Assembly (NCBI GenBank): GCA_001779195.1
Contig: MFJL01000019.1
Coordinates: 27,192 to 91,191, forward strand
DNA length: 64,000 nt
Direction of reading: 5' to 3'
DNA from: Candidatus Gottesmanbacteria bacterium RIFCSPHIGHO2_02_FULL_39_11
Lineage (GTDB): Bacteria; Patescibacteriota; Microgenomatia; 2-02-FULL-39-11
Of the stretch, positions 56,132-64,000 are shown piece after piece; position 1 is the stretch's first letter, and each line of letters begins with the position of its first letter. Position numbers and translations under genes: made by a program. Below the pieces are notes generated by a model. The model saw nothing but the letters and a program-made list of their open reading frames with translations. It was not told the origin of the DNA and ran no database searches.

Positions 56132-56218
56132 GGAGGAGTCGCATAGTTGGTCCATTGCGAGAGTTCGCTAAACTCTTGAGCCGCAAGGCTCGCGTGGGTT
56201 CAAATCCCACCTCCTCCG
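56132..56218 (+). tRNA. tRNA-Ser(GCT) with atypical C33
   Basis: Acceptor GGAGGAG/CTCCTCC, G73, long variable arm GAGCC-GCAA-GGCTC, T-arm GTGGG-TTCAAAT-CCCAC, anticodon arm AGAGT-TCGCTAA-ACTCT; no encoded CCA. Confidence 0.92.
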
Positions 56219-56221
56219 CTT

Positions 56222-56512
56222 ATGAAAAAAACTAACTTAAACCACATTAAAAGAAAAACACTTCCTATTCTAAAAGAGGCTGGGGTGACTCGATCTGCTC
56301 TTTTTGGTTCTTATGCCAGAGGAGAAAATAAAAATGAAAGTGATATAGATATTTTAATAGATCTGCCTCAGGATAAAAGTCTATTTGATTTTGTAGACTT
56401 AAAATTAAAACTACAAGAAGCCTTGGGAAGAAACGTTGACTTGGTTGAGTATATAAGTATAAAACCGCAGTTGAAAAATAGTATTCTAAAAGATCAAATA
56501 CAGATTCTATGA
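56222..56512 (+). CDS. Minimal nucleotidyltransferase (MNT/MntA) antitoxin
   Basis: LFGSYARGENKNESDIDILID (GS-X10-DXD), GRNVDLV. Confidence 0.92.
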   Translation: MKKTNLNHIKRKTLPILKEAGVTRSALFGSYARGENKNESDIDILIDLPQDKSLFDFVDLKLKLQEALGRNVDLVEYISIKPQLKNSILKDQIQIL

Positions 56513-56838
56513 AGAGAAGCATAGGTGTCTATTTAGACGATATTTTTCAAAGTATCCGGTTAATTGAAGAATATACGGAAGGCTTAACCAAAAAGAAGTT
56601 TTTAGACAGTATTGACAAACAAGACGCAGTCTTAAGAAGATTTGAAATCATTGGGGAAGCCGCACGTCACATTCCGCTTGAATTTAGAAATAATCACCCT
56701 AAAATTCCCTGGAAAAAAGCAGTGGGAATGAGAGATGTTATGATCCACGGATATTATGAGATAAATCTTGATCGGGTATGGAACACTATCAAGAAAGACT
56801 TACCCAAATTTAAAGAACAAATTGAGGAATTAATTTAA
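56509..56838 (+). CDS. HEPN (DUF86/HepT) RNase toxin
   Basis: DAVLRRFEIIGEA, IPW...GMRDVMIHGY (RX4HXY). Confidence 0.92.
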   Translation: MKRSIGVYLDDIFQSIRLIEEYTEGLTKKKFLDSIDKQDAVLRRFEIIGEAARHIPLEFRNNHPKIPWKKAVGMRDVMIHGYYEINLDRVWNTIKKDLPKFKEQIEELI

Positions 56839-56839
56839 A

Positions 56840-56926
56840 GGAGAGGTCGCATAGTGGCCTAGTGCAGAGGTTTACTAAACCTCCGTCCTGTCAAAGGGAC
56901 CGCGAGTTCGAATCTCGCCCTCTCCG
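56840..56926 (+). tRNA. tRNA-Ser body with anticodon ACT (A34)
   Basis: Acceptor GGAGAGG/CCTCTCC, G73, long variable arm GTCCT-GTCAA-AGGGAC, T-arm GCGAG-TTCGAAT-CTCGC, anticodon arm GAGGT-TTACTAA-ACCTC. Confidence 0.92.
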
Positions 56927-57014
56927 CAGCGTAAGAAATCCCGTCTAAATCGGGATTTCAACGCTGCTGGAACGCTGAAATTTTCAGCAGAAAATTTCTT
57001 GCGTTGCCGCCTTC

Positions 57015-57294
57015 ATGTTTTATTACACCTATATTCTTCAAAGTAAAAAGAACAAGAGCCTTTATATCGGTTACACTTCGGATTTAAGGAAAAGATTAGA
57101 TAAACATAATTCAGGGAGAAACCTTGCTAACGAAACCCTTTATACCTTACAAGTTAATATATTACGAGGCCTTTCTCAACAGAATTGACGCCAAGAACAG
57201 GGAGGAATGTTTGAAGGGTGTATATGGAAGAAAAACGATTAAAGCAGTACTTAATAGATTTTTGGAAAATACCTCAAATTCGAAGGAACGTTGA
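57015..57294 (+). pseudogene. Stand-alone GIY-YIG nuclease with a +1 frameshift at ~57129
   Basis: MFYYTYILQSKKNKSLYIGYTSDLRKRLDKHNSGRNLA / extra A / TKPFIPYKLIYYEAFLNRIDAKNREECLK. Confidence 0.85.
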
Positions 57295-57392
57295 AATTTA
57301 TGGAATAAATTTATTACGTTCCGGTTCAGGAAGTGCGTTTATTAAGAAACATAAAATTGTTATACTCAAATAAGATTATATATTTAATTATT

Positions 57393-58040
57393 ATGACAAT
57401 ATTTGGTTATAAAATCTCGAAATTAGCAGTCGTTGTATTTATAGTCATAGTTTTTTTGATTTTCCTTAGTAATTTAATCATGAAACAAATAGCGAGGGAA
57501 CCTGAGTGGTTGGTCGAAAGAAATCGATTAGCAAACGAAGAGAAAATTCGAACGTCAGATTGGCAAATATATAAAAACGATGAGTATTATTTTAAATTTC
57601 AAAATCCTCCAATGACTAAAGTTGATGATTGTATAATTACAGACTGTTCACTTAGTGTTGTTTTTGGTTCTGAGAATTATAAAGAACTTTATGGGATAAA
57701 AAATGCAAATGGCCCAACAAGAAAATATTTTATGGGTATTATGGTAAAAACAAGTCCTTTGGAAGTTAGTCTGAAAGAGTACGTAGAAAATCAAAAAAAT
57801 GCTATTAAAAATATATCCTTATCCAATCGCGAAGCACTGGGTAAAGATCTAAATGTTGACTGGATTGTTAAAACAAGTGAAATAGAGAATATACAAGGAT
57901 ATGTTATTGAAACAGTTAATTATGATGACAATACACCATCAAGAAGATTTTTTATTCCCTTAAAAAACAATCAACTACTGGTCATTCTTGAAGTTGGGAG
58001 AAATATCGACGACATATTGTCAAAATTCGTATTTAACTGA
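57393..58040 (+). CDS. Hypothetical N-terminally anchored exported protein (PsbP-like signature W..Y.N..Y.F.F..P)
   Basis: TM helix, SDWQIYKNDEYYFKFQNP, C-terminal ILSKFVF. Confidence 0.65.
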   Translation: MTIFGYKISKLAVVVFIVIVFLIFLSNLIMKQIAREPEWLVERNRLANEEKIRTSDWQIYKNDEYYFKFQNPPMTKVDDCIITDCSLSVVFGSENYKELYGIKNANGPTRKYFMGIMVKTSPLEVSLKEYVENQKNAIKNISLSNREALGKDLNVDWIVKTSEIENIQGYVIETVNYDDNTPSRRFFIPLKNNQLLVILEVGRNIDDILSKFVFN

Positions 58041-58319
58041 ATTCATGATATAAATAGGTTCTAACTTTGTATATGGTCTCCCGCCTGATGGGATAGAAAG
58101 AAAAATGAGATTTAGATTGGTATAAAGATCCATACTTAATTCGATGAATTTAATTCTTTCTTCTTTCCATACGCTACAACCAAATGGGATTTGAACCATA
58201 AATACAAAATACGAAATGCATCGTAACAAAATTACGTTTCATCTACTTTTCTGAATTTTACAGGCGGTATTTTCAAAGCGAAAAACTTATTATAATCCTT
58301 TGCATGCTAAAATCTTTTT

Positions 58320-60185
58320 ATGTCTGATGCTTTGGGAATCTTAAGGGAAAAGTTTGGCTATCATGATTTCAGATTTACCCAGGAAAAGATTATTGAATCC
58401 GTAATGTCTCTGAAGGATACTTTTGTCCTGATGCCCACAGGTGGCGGAAAATCTCTCTGTTTTCAGATTCCCGCCCTTTTATTTACAGGTACTACTATTG
58501 TTGTTTCTCCTCTTATATCCCTCATGAAAGACCAGGTAGATAGTTTAAAATTGTCCGGTATTCCTGCTGCTTTTTTAAATTCCACCCTTTCATACGAAGA
58601 ACAAACAGCAATTATCCATCAATTGATCAATCAGAAGCTGAAATTACTCTATGTTGCACCAGAACGTTTATTAAACGAGAATGGTCAATTCCTCAGTCTT
58701 CTTTTAAGAGTTCATATTTCTCTTTTTGCAATTGATGAAGCGCACTGCATATCCCATTGGGGTCATGATTTTCGGCCGGAATATTTAAAATTATCAAAAC
58801 TTAAGAAAAACTTTCCCCATATACCTGTCGTTGCCCTGACGGCTACTGCTGATGATCTCACACAGAAAGACATTCTGGAAAAATTATCCCTTGTACATCC
58901 CAATGTTTTTATTTCTAGTTTCAACAGGAAAAATATCCATTACTATGTGGAACCCAAAAAAAACACCTACAGAAGAATTACAGACTATATCCGTTTACAC
59001 CATGACGAATCTGGAATTATCTATTGCCTTTCCAGGAAGAGTGTGGAGAGTTTAGCTTCTGATCTCTCCGGTGATGGATTTTCAGCCAAGCCTTACCATG
59101 CAGGGCTTTCCAAAAATATCCGTGATAGGAATCAGGATTTATTCATCAAGGATGAAGTAAAAATTATTGTTGCTACCATTGCTTTCGGACTGGGTATCGA
59201 CAAATCAAATGTGCGCTATGTCATCCACCTGGATCTGCCAAAAAATATCGAGAGTTATTATCAGGAAACCGGAAGAGCGGGAAGGGATGGAGTAAAAAGT
59301 GAAGCGCTTCTTTTCTATAGCCGCGGGGATGTTTTAAAACTGAAAAAGTTTGCTGAGATTGAAAATGACCCCGTCCAATCGGAGATTATGCTTGATAAAC
59401 TGCGGAAAATGGCTAGATACGGTGAGATAACTACCTGCCGCCGCAAATTTATATTGAACTATTTCGGAGAGGATTTTGACGGTAATTGCAATTCTTGTGA
59501 TATATGTCTGACTGAATTTGAAAGAATCGACGGTACTATCATTGCCCAAAAAGCTTTATCAGCAGTTGCCAGAGTCGGACAGCGTTTCGGTACAAATTAT
59601 ATTATTGATTTTCTAAAGGGAGCAAAATCGGAAAAAATTTGGCCATACCACAAAAATTTAAAAACATACGGCATAGGCGCGAATCTAACTTCCGACGAGT
59701 GGAGACACTACATCCATGATCTTATTGAATTAGGATTTCTAAAACAGGTAGGTGGGCAATACCCGGTTCTTAAACTTACCGAAAAAAGCCTTGATGTATT
59801 AAAAGGCAAGGAGAAAGTGATGCTTGTGAAAATTGCCAAAAAAACGGAACTGATTTCCGAGTCTTCCAAAGCATATGAAAAAGATCTTTTTACACTGCTA
59901 AAATCCATACGCCTCACACTGGCCACAGATGCCAAAGTACCGGCATATATTATTTTTTCTGACGCGACCTTAATTGAGATGTCTACCTATTTGCCCCAAA
60001 CTATGGAAGAACTAGCCTGGATTTCCGGTTTTGGAAATATTAAACTTAAGCGTTTCGGGGAAATATTCTTAAAGTCCATTAAGGAGTATTGTGTCTTGAA
60101 AGGGTTAACCTCAAAAATACTAATGAAGAGTCCCAAAAGACATAGAAGAACTAGAACTGACTCGGCACTGCATAATCAGGTCTGA
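58320..60185 (+). CDS. recQ: ATP-dependent DNA helicase RecQ with RQC and HRDC domains
   Basis: [46 protein letters not shown]...[16 protein letters not shown]. Confidence 0.97.
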   Translation: MSDALGILREKFGYHDFRFTQEKIIESVMSLKDTFVLMPTGGGKSLCFQIPALLFTGTTIVVSPLISLMKDQVDSLKLSGIPAAFLNSTLSYEEQTAIIHQLINQKLKLLYVAPERLLNENGQFLSLLLRVHISLFAIDEAHCISHWGHDFRPEYLKLSKLKKNFPHIPVVALTATADDLTQKDILEKLSLVHPNVFISSFNRKNIHYYVEPKKNTYRRITDYIRLHHDESGIIYCLSRKSVESLASDLSGDGFSAKPYHAGLSKNIRDRNQDLFIKDEVKIIVATIAFGLGIDKSNVRYVIHLDLPKNIESYYQETGRAGRDGVKSEALLFYSRGDVLKLKKFAEIENDPVQSEIMLDKLRKMARYGEITTCRRKFILNYFGEDFDGNCNSCDICLTEFERIDGTIIAQKALSAVARVGQRFGTNYIIDFLKGAKSEKIWPYHKNLKTYGIGANLTSDEWRHYIHDLIELGFLKQVGGQYPVLKLTEKSLDVLKGKEKVMLVKIAKKTELISESSKAYEKDLFTLLKSIRLTLATDAKVPAYIIFSDATLIEMSTYLPQTMEELAWISGFGNIKLKRFGEIFLKSIKEYCVLKGLTSKILMKSPKRHRRTRTDSALHNQV

Positions 60186-60193
60186 GTGATAAA

Positions 60194-60240
60194 TCTAGTA
60201 TATTGCTCTATACTAGAGTGCTAAAAGATGCTCTTTTAGC
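60194..60240 (+). terminator. Two consecutive hairpins after recQ
   Basis: TCTAGTATA-TTGCTC-TATACTAGA and GCTAAAAGA-TGC-TCTTTTAGC. Confidence 0.45.
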
Positions 60241-60491
60241 CTAATCTTAAGAAGTATTACTAGCTTTCTTTTCAGATATATAAAACCGCGTCAGACTATA
60301 GAAATGTATTACAATTGGTTCGAATAGAGACGCATCGGGTCCGCCTTCGCTTCGCTGAAGCCCCGCTAAGCGGGACGAAAGCGGGTTTCACCCTTTTTCA
60401 GCTCGGCTTCCGCGAGATAAAATCCGCTATAAATTAGTATATATTTCAGCTTATTTTCAGAAGCAACTGGTAACATAATTGTTTCTACCCA

Positions 60492-61553
60492 ATGAACAAG
60501 CATTTAGTTATCGTTTTTATTATTGTTATCGGAATTCTCACTAGTATTATTGGTTATAACCGTTTTTTCAAATATACTTCTAAGTCTGGTATTACTTTAA
60601 ATCAAAATACCCAACCAGAAGATCTCGGCGGACCAGTATATAAACCCAATCCGCTTTCCATAGAATACATGCGGAAGCAGGAATACCCAGGGAGCGACAT
60701 TGTTATTGAACAGACGCTGCCCTCCGGGGCAAATTACAATAGGTACATTGCTTCTTATAAATCAGACGGTTTGAAAATATTCGCACTACTGACAATACCG
60801 TTTGGTGAAAAACCCAAAACTGGCTGGCCGGTCGTTATCTTTAATCACGGGTATATTCCACCAAAGCAGTACCGGACAACCGAGAGATATATTGCCTATA
60901 CGGATGCTTTTTCCAGAAACGGCTATATGGTCTTTAAATCCGATTACCGGGGACATGGAAATTCTGAAGGGCAGGGAAACAGTTATGGATCAAATGGTTA
61001 CACGATTGACGTATTAAATGCTGTTGCATCGATGAAAAAATACAAAGATGCTGACCTGAATAGAATTGGCATGTGGGGACATTCTATGGGGGGACATATT
61101 ACGCTTCGGTCCATGGTAGTAAGCCACGATATTAAGGCAGGAGTTATTTGGGCGGGAGTAGTTGCATCGTATCCGGATTTAATTTCTAAATGGCGAAGGG
61201 GAAATACACCTGTCAATACGACTCTGTCACCGTTTCCAACATCCTCTTCCCGAGGTGGTTGGAGACGAGGGTTTATTGACCAGTATGGAACACCAGAAGA
61301 GAATCCAGAATTTTGGAATTCCATTTCTTCAAATTCTTACCTTGCCGATATATCTGGTCCACTCCAGCTTCATCATGGAACAGAAGACCATTCAGTACCT
61401 TACGAGTTTTCCCAAACCTTAGCCGAGCAGTTAAAACAAGCAGGCAAAGAAGTAGAACTCTATATTTATCCTGGTGATGAACATGATATTCCCAATAACT
61501 TTGGTACTGCAATGCAAAGATCAGTTGAGTTTTTTGATAAATATCTTAAATAG
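60492..61553 (+). CDS. Membrane-anchored alpha/beta hydrolase, S9 peptidase-like
   Basis: FNHGY, DYRGHG, GHSMGG nucleophile, HHGTED, DEH. Confidence 0.9.
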   Translation: MNKHLVIVFIIVIGILTSIIGYNRFFKYTSKSGITLNQNTQPEDLGGPVYKPNPLSIEYMRKQEYPGSDIVIEQTLPSGANYNRYIASYKSDGLKIFALLTIPFGEKPKTGWPVVIFNHGYIPPKQYRTTERYIAYTDAFSRNGYMVFKSDYRGHGNSEGQGNSYGSNGYTIDVLNAVASMKKYKDADLNRIGMWGHSMGGHITLRSMVVSHDIKAGVIWAGVVASYPDLISKWRRGNTPVNTTLSPFPTSSSRGGWRRGFIDQYGTPEENPEFWNSISSNSYLADISGPLQLHHGTEDHSVPYEFSQTLAEQLKQAGKEVELYIYPGDEHDIPNNFGTAMQRSVEFFDKYLK

Positions 61554-61554
61554 A

Positions 61555-62640
61555 TCATTGAAGCAGCTCTTGGGCAGATTTTAGGTTTTTATTGTAAAAA
61601 AGAGCTTTATCAAATTCTTTTTTTGCTTCATCTGTTTTTCCCTGTTTTTGAAAAATTCTTCCTCTTAAAATATAAAGCTCCGAAAAAGCCCGGTTATCAT
61701 TATTTATAATCTTATCTGTCAACTCAAAAACTCTTTCATAATTTTCCAATTCAAAATATGCTTCAATTGGTTCAATCTGATACCAGAGTGTCCGGAAAGG
61801 AAGTCTATCGTCAACCATCTCAAATTCCGAAACAGCACCGTCAAAATCACCGGTATGATAGAGCGCAACAGAGAGGTTAAATCGGGCATATATAGTATCT
61901 GGGTTTAACTCCAATTCCTTTTGAGAATTGTCTGCTGCTTTTTTCCATGACGTTATTACATCGGCATCTTCACCTAAAATACTTTTTGCCAGGGGTTCTT
62001 TATCGGGAGAGACAAGAACCAAATATTCATAATTAAACATCTGCCAGAGTCGCATAAATTGCAAATAGGAATACCTCAAGTTGTGACCTTGCAGTGAGTC
62101 ATCCTGTATGAATTCTCCTGTGGTGTCATCGTATCCTTTAATTACTCTGTAATGTCCAATATCATCAGTTTCTTTTAAAAGAGTTCTGGTTACAACAGGA
62201 ATATCATAAGTGATGAATTGCTTTATAAGCTTAATAGTGCCATTTGGCCGATGGAATGGGACAAGCTTGTACTCCGAAGCTTTTTCTGCTAGCTCACCCA
62301 AAGTAACTGATTTATCATCATTATTTCCCTGAGTTTGCTGATACGGTCTTAAGTCCTGTCCTAACTCTTGCTGGCTTTTGTTGACTCCATAGTAAGAAAG
62401 AGCCATGGATAAAGCTGCGGGACCGCAATTATTAAATGTTTGAAATACCTGATAATCATTTTCAATGACATAAGTTACTGGAAGCGGTTGCAGAGTAGGG
62501 GTTAGTGTAACGGCGGGAGTGTCAGTAACGGCAACTTCAGTTGGAAATACACTAGAAACAGGCGGTTTATTTTCATACATTTTAAAAAACACGATCATAC
62601 TTAAAACAATTATCGAAAAAATAAGAAAAGGTTTTATCAT
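61555..62640 (-). CDS. Exported C39-like cysteine peptidase with TPR repeats
   Basis: QTFNNCGPAALSMALSYYG, GHYRVIKGYD, QDDS; C-terminal TPR helices. Confidence 0.85.
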   Translation of the reverse strand: MIKPFLIFSIIVLSMIVFFKMYENKPPVSSVFPTEVAVTDTPAVTLTPTLQPLPVTYVIENDYQVFQTFNNCGPAALSMALSYYGVNKSQQELGQDLRPYQQTQGNNDDKSVTLGELAEKASEYKLVPFHRPNGTIKLIKQFITYDIPVVTRTLLKETDDIGHYRVIKGYDDTTGEFIQDDSLQGHNLRYSYLQFMRLWQMFNYEYLVLVSPDKEPLAKSILGEDADVITSWKKAADNSQKELELNPDTIYARFNLSVALYHTGDFDGAVSEFEMVDDRLPFRTLWYQIEPIEAYFELENYERVFELTDKIINNDNRAFSELYILRGRIFQKQGKTDEAKKEFDKALFYNKNLKSAQELLQ

Positions 62641-62718
62641 GGCAGTATTTTACCAAAATCATTAGCAACTAGATTTAACTCATTACCCATTCTATAATTA
62701 ACCCCCGGGGTAGATGAA

Positions 62719-63621
62719 TTATGATTTGATTTGAGGATTACATTTTTTAACTTCATCAATAAAATATTCTGTGAAGTTAGCAGGTTGGAATCTCATCGCA
62801 ACAAAATCAAGAACTCCATGGTTTACAGGTTTTAAACCCAGCAGCATTAACAATGAATTTATCTGATTGATAAACAAGCTTTGATTAACATTTTCAAACA
62901 TATGCATATTAATTCCATATTGGTAATACAGTCCGATAATAGTTAATATTTCCATTATATTCATATCATCAGATAGTTTTATCACTAACTCTTTCAACTT
63001 TTTTTGCATCATTTGAAGGTATTGTTTGTAATAAATAGGGTCCGGATAATAGTGCCATACTTCGTTATTAGTGATCCAGCAATCTTTCGGTAATGCATCA
63101 AAACATATACCGGACAGAGCAACTACCTGAGTATCCTTGTCAGTATAAGGATCCGAATATTTTTTGGCTAATGGGATAATTATTTGTTTTACCATTGCAC
63201 TGTGTTCTCCTTGGGACGTCCTTTTCTCTGCTAATAATTTTCCTCCTTTGCCTTTATATGCCTGTTTTTTGTGCAGTTCTATTAACCAGGTTCTGTTATT
63301 TTGAAAACCTTTGTTTGTCAAACTTAGGAGGAAATATTTCTCCTGTTCGATAGATCTTTTTATCAAAGAAACGTGTTCTTCATTCGTCAGGTCAGGATAA
63401 GGTTGTTTACCATATCTAAAGTATTTATTGTCATTATCAGAATAATACTTTGACCATTTTCCATAAGGATCGCGAACTAATCCTTTCCAGAATGAAATAA
63501 GTTTTTGTTCTTTATTGTTTTTACTATCTACAGCTTTTCTCACACTATCTAATTCTGGAAAAACTCTTTCTTGTATCAGTTTTGATAGTGTTATTGGCAA
63601 ATCAATCATTAAAAATATCAA
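62719..63621 (-). CDS. Hypothetical protein with a divergent Fido/Fic-like motif
   Basis: INMHMFENVNQSLFINQINSLL..LGLKP vs canonical HPFxDGNGRxxR...N..L...G..P. Confidence 0.5.
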   Translation of the reverse strand: MIFLMIDLPITLSKLIQERVFPELDSVRKAVDSKNNKEQKLISFWKGLVRDPYGKWSKYYSDNDNKYFRYGKQPYPDLTNEEHVSLIKRSIEQEKYFLLSLTNKGFQNNRTWLIELHKKQAYKGKGGKLLAEKRTSQGEHSAMVKQIIIPLAKKYSDPYTDKDTQVVALSGICFDALPKDCWITNNEVWHYYPDPIYYKQYLQMMQKKLKELVIKLSDDMNIMEILTIIGLYYQYGINMHMFENVNQSLFINQINSLLMLLGLKPVNHGVLDFVAMRFQPANFTEYFIDEVKKCNPQIKS

Positions 63622-63625
63622 ATCT

Positions 63626-64000
63626 TTATTCTAAATTTGCCATGGTTTTTAACAGTTCCGCCGACCAACGATAGATATTGTAATTTTTTACAATCTCACG
63701 CATTTTCCGGATTTTTCTTATCTGTTCCGATGGTGTCATCTCAAGACCTGATTTGATGGCTTCAGACATGTGTTCTGTGTTGTAAGGATTCACTATAAAA
63801 GCATCTTTCAGTTCCCGGGACGATCCGGCAAACTGACTGAGAATGAGTACCCCCCTTTCATCATCTCGGGCGGCAATAAATTCCTTCGCTACGAGATTCA
63901 TCCCGTCATGAAGAGAAGTAACCAAACAGATATTGGCAAGCCGGTAAAAGTGATTCAATTCTTCATGATTGTAACGTTTCTTGAGAAAAATAATCGGTTC
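63626..64000 (-). CDS. otsA: Trehalose-6-phosphate synthase (GT20), C-terminal part; runs off the window end
   Basis: YRLANICLVTSLHDGMNLVAKEF, GVLILSQFAGS, IVNPY. Confidence 0.92.
   Translation of the reverse strand, partial: EPIIFLKKRYNHEELNHFYRLANICLVTSLHDGMNLVAKEFIAARDDERGVLILSQFAGSSRELKDAFIVNPYNTEHMSEAIKSGLEMTPSEQIRKIRKMREIVKNYNIYRWSAELLKTMANLE

Noticed and set aside
55995-56210. 71 aa minus-strand ORF MGFEPTRA...
   Set aside because: It is the antisense shadow of tRNA-Ser and the hairpin leader.
56872-56878. Reading the loop TTACTAA as an ochre (TTA) or amber (CTA) suppressor to explain the TAA at 39746
   Set aside because: The 5-bp stem and 7-nt loop place ACT at positions 34-36, and other registers need non-canonical loops.
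60198-60224. CIRCE-like half site GAGTGCTAA after recQ
   Set aside because: The left arm TTAGCACTC is absent at N9 spacing, and the sequence belongs to two ordinary hairpins.
60341-60390. Hammerhead-like string CTGAAG-CCCCGC-TAA-GCGGGAC-GAAA
   Set aside because: The core lacks A9 (CUGANGA) and no stem I/III with a UH cleavage site can be formed. It folds better as a branched REP-like hairpin closed by CCGCCTTCG/CGAAAGCGG.

Overview
64 kb of an AT-rich chromosome that looks like a Patescibacteria/CPR genome of the Microgenomates type. The taxonomy is an inference from the PrgI/VirB4 core, the VirB2-like pilin array, the archaeal-type mevalonate operon and the repeat content. The window spans, in order: (1) a ClpC-like ATPase divergent from a chromosomal T4SS core; (2) the replication origin region (dnaN-oriC-dnaA / rpmH-rnpA-yidD-yidC-jag) with DnaA boxes and DnaA-trios; (3) nadD/nadE, two head-to-head VapBC pairs and an intact IS; (4) an ~18 kb sugar-metabolism island (tandem VTC/CYTH protein, GH1, galETK, eukaryote-type hexokinase interrupted and regenerated by an AbiE cassette, SIS, PIG-L, GpgS-like, GH63, PfkB, LacD-like); (5) a ~1300-codon ORF broken by one in-frame TAA, a VirB6-like gene and six tandem pilins opposite an ECF sigma; (6) a mevalonate operon with uppS and comF; (7) tRNA-Ser(GCT, C33) - MNT - HEPN - tRNA-Ser(ACT), the most unusual locus, followed by a frameshifted GIY-YIG gene, recQ, peptidases, a divergent Fido-like protein and the end of otsA. 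Two families of small repeats (GTCAT...ATGAC palindromes and 7/8-mer tandem tracts) occur throughout and also lie in frame inside proteins. All calls come from reading motifs by eye; no searches were run.
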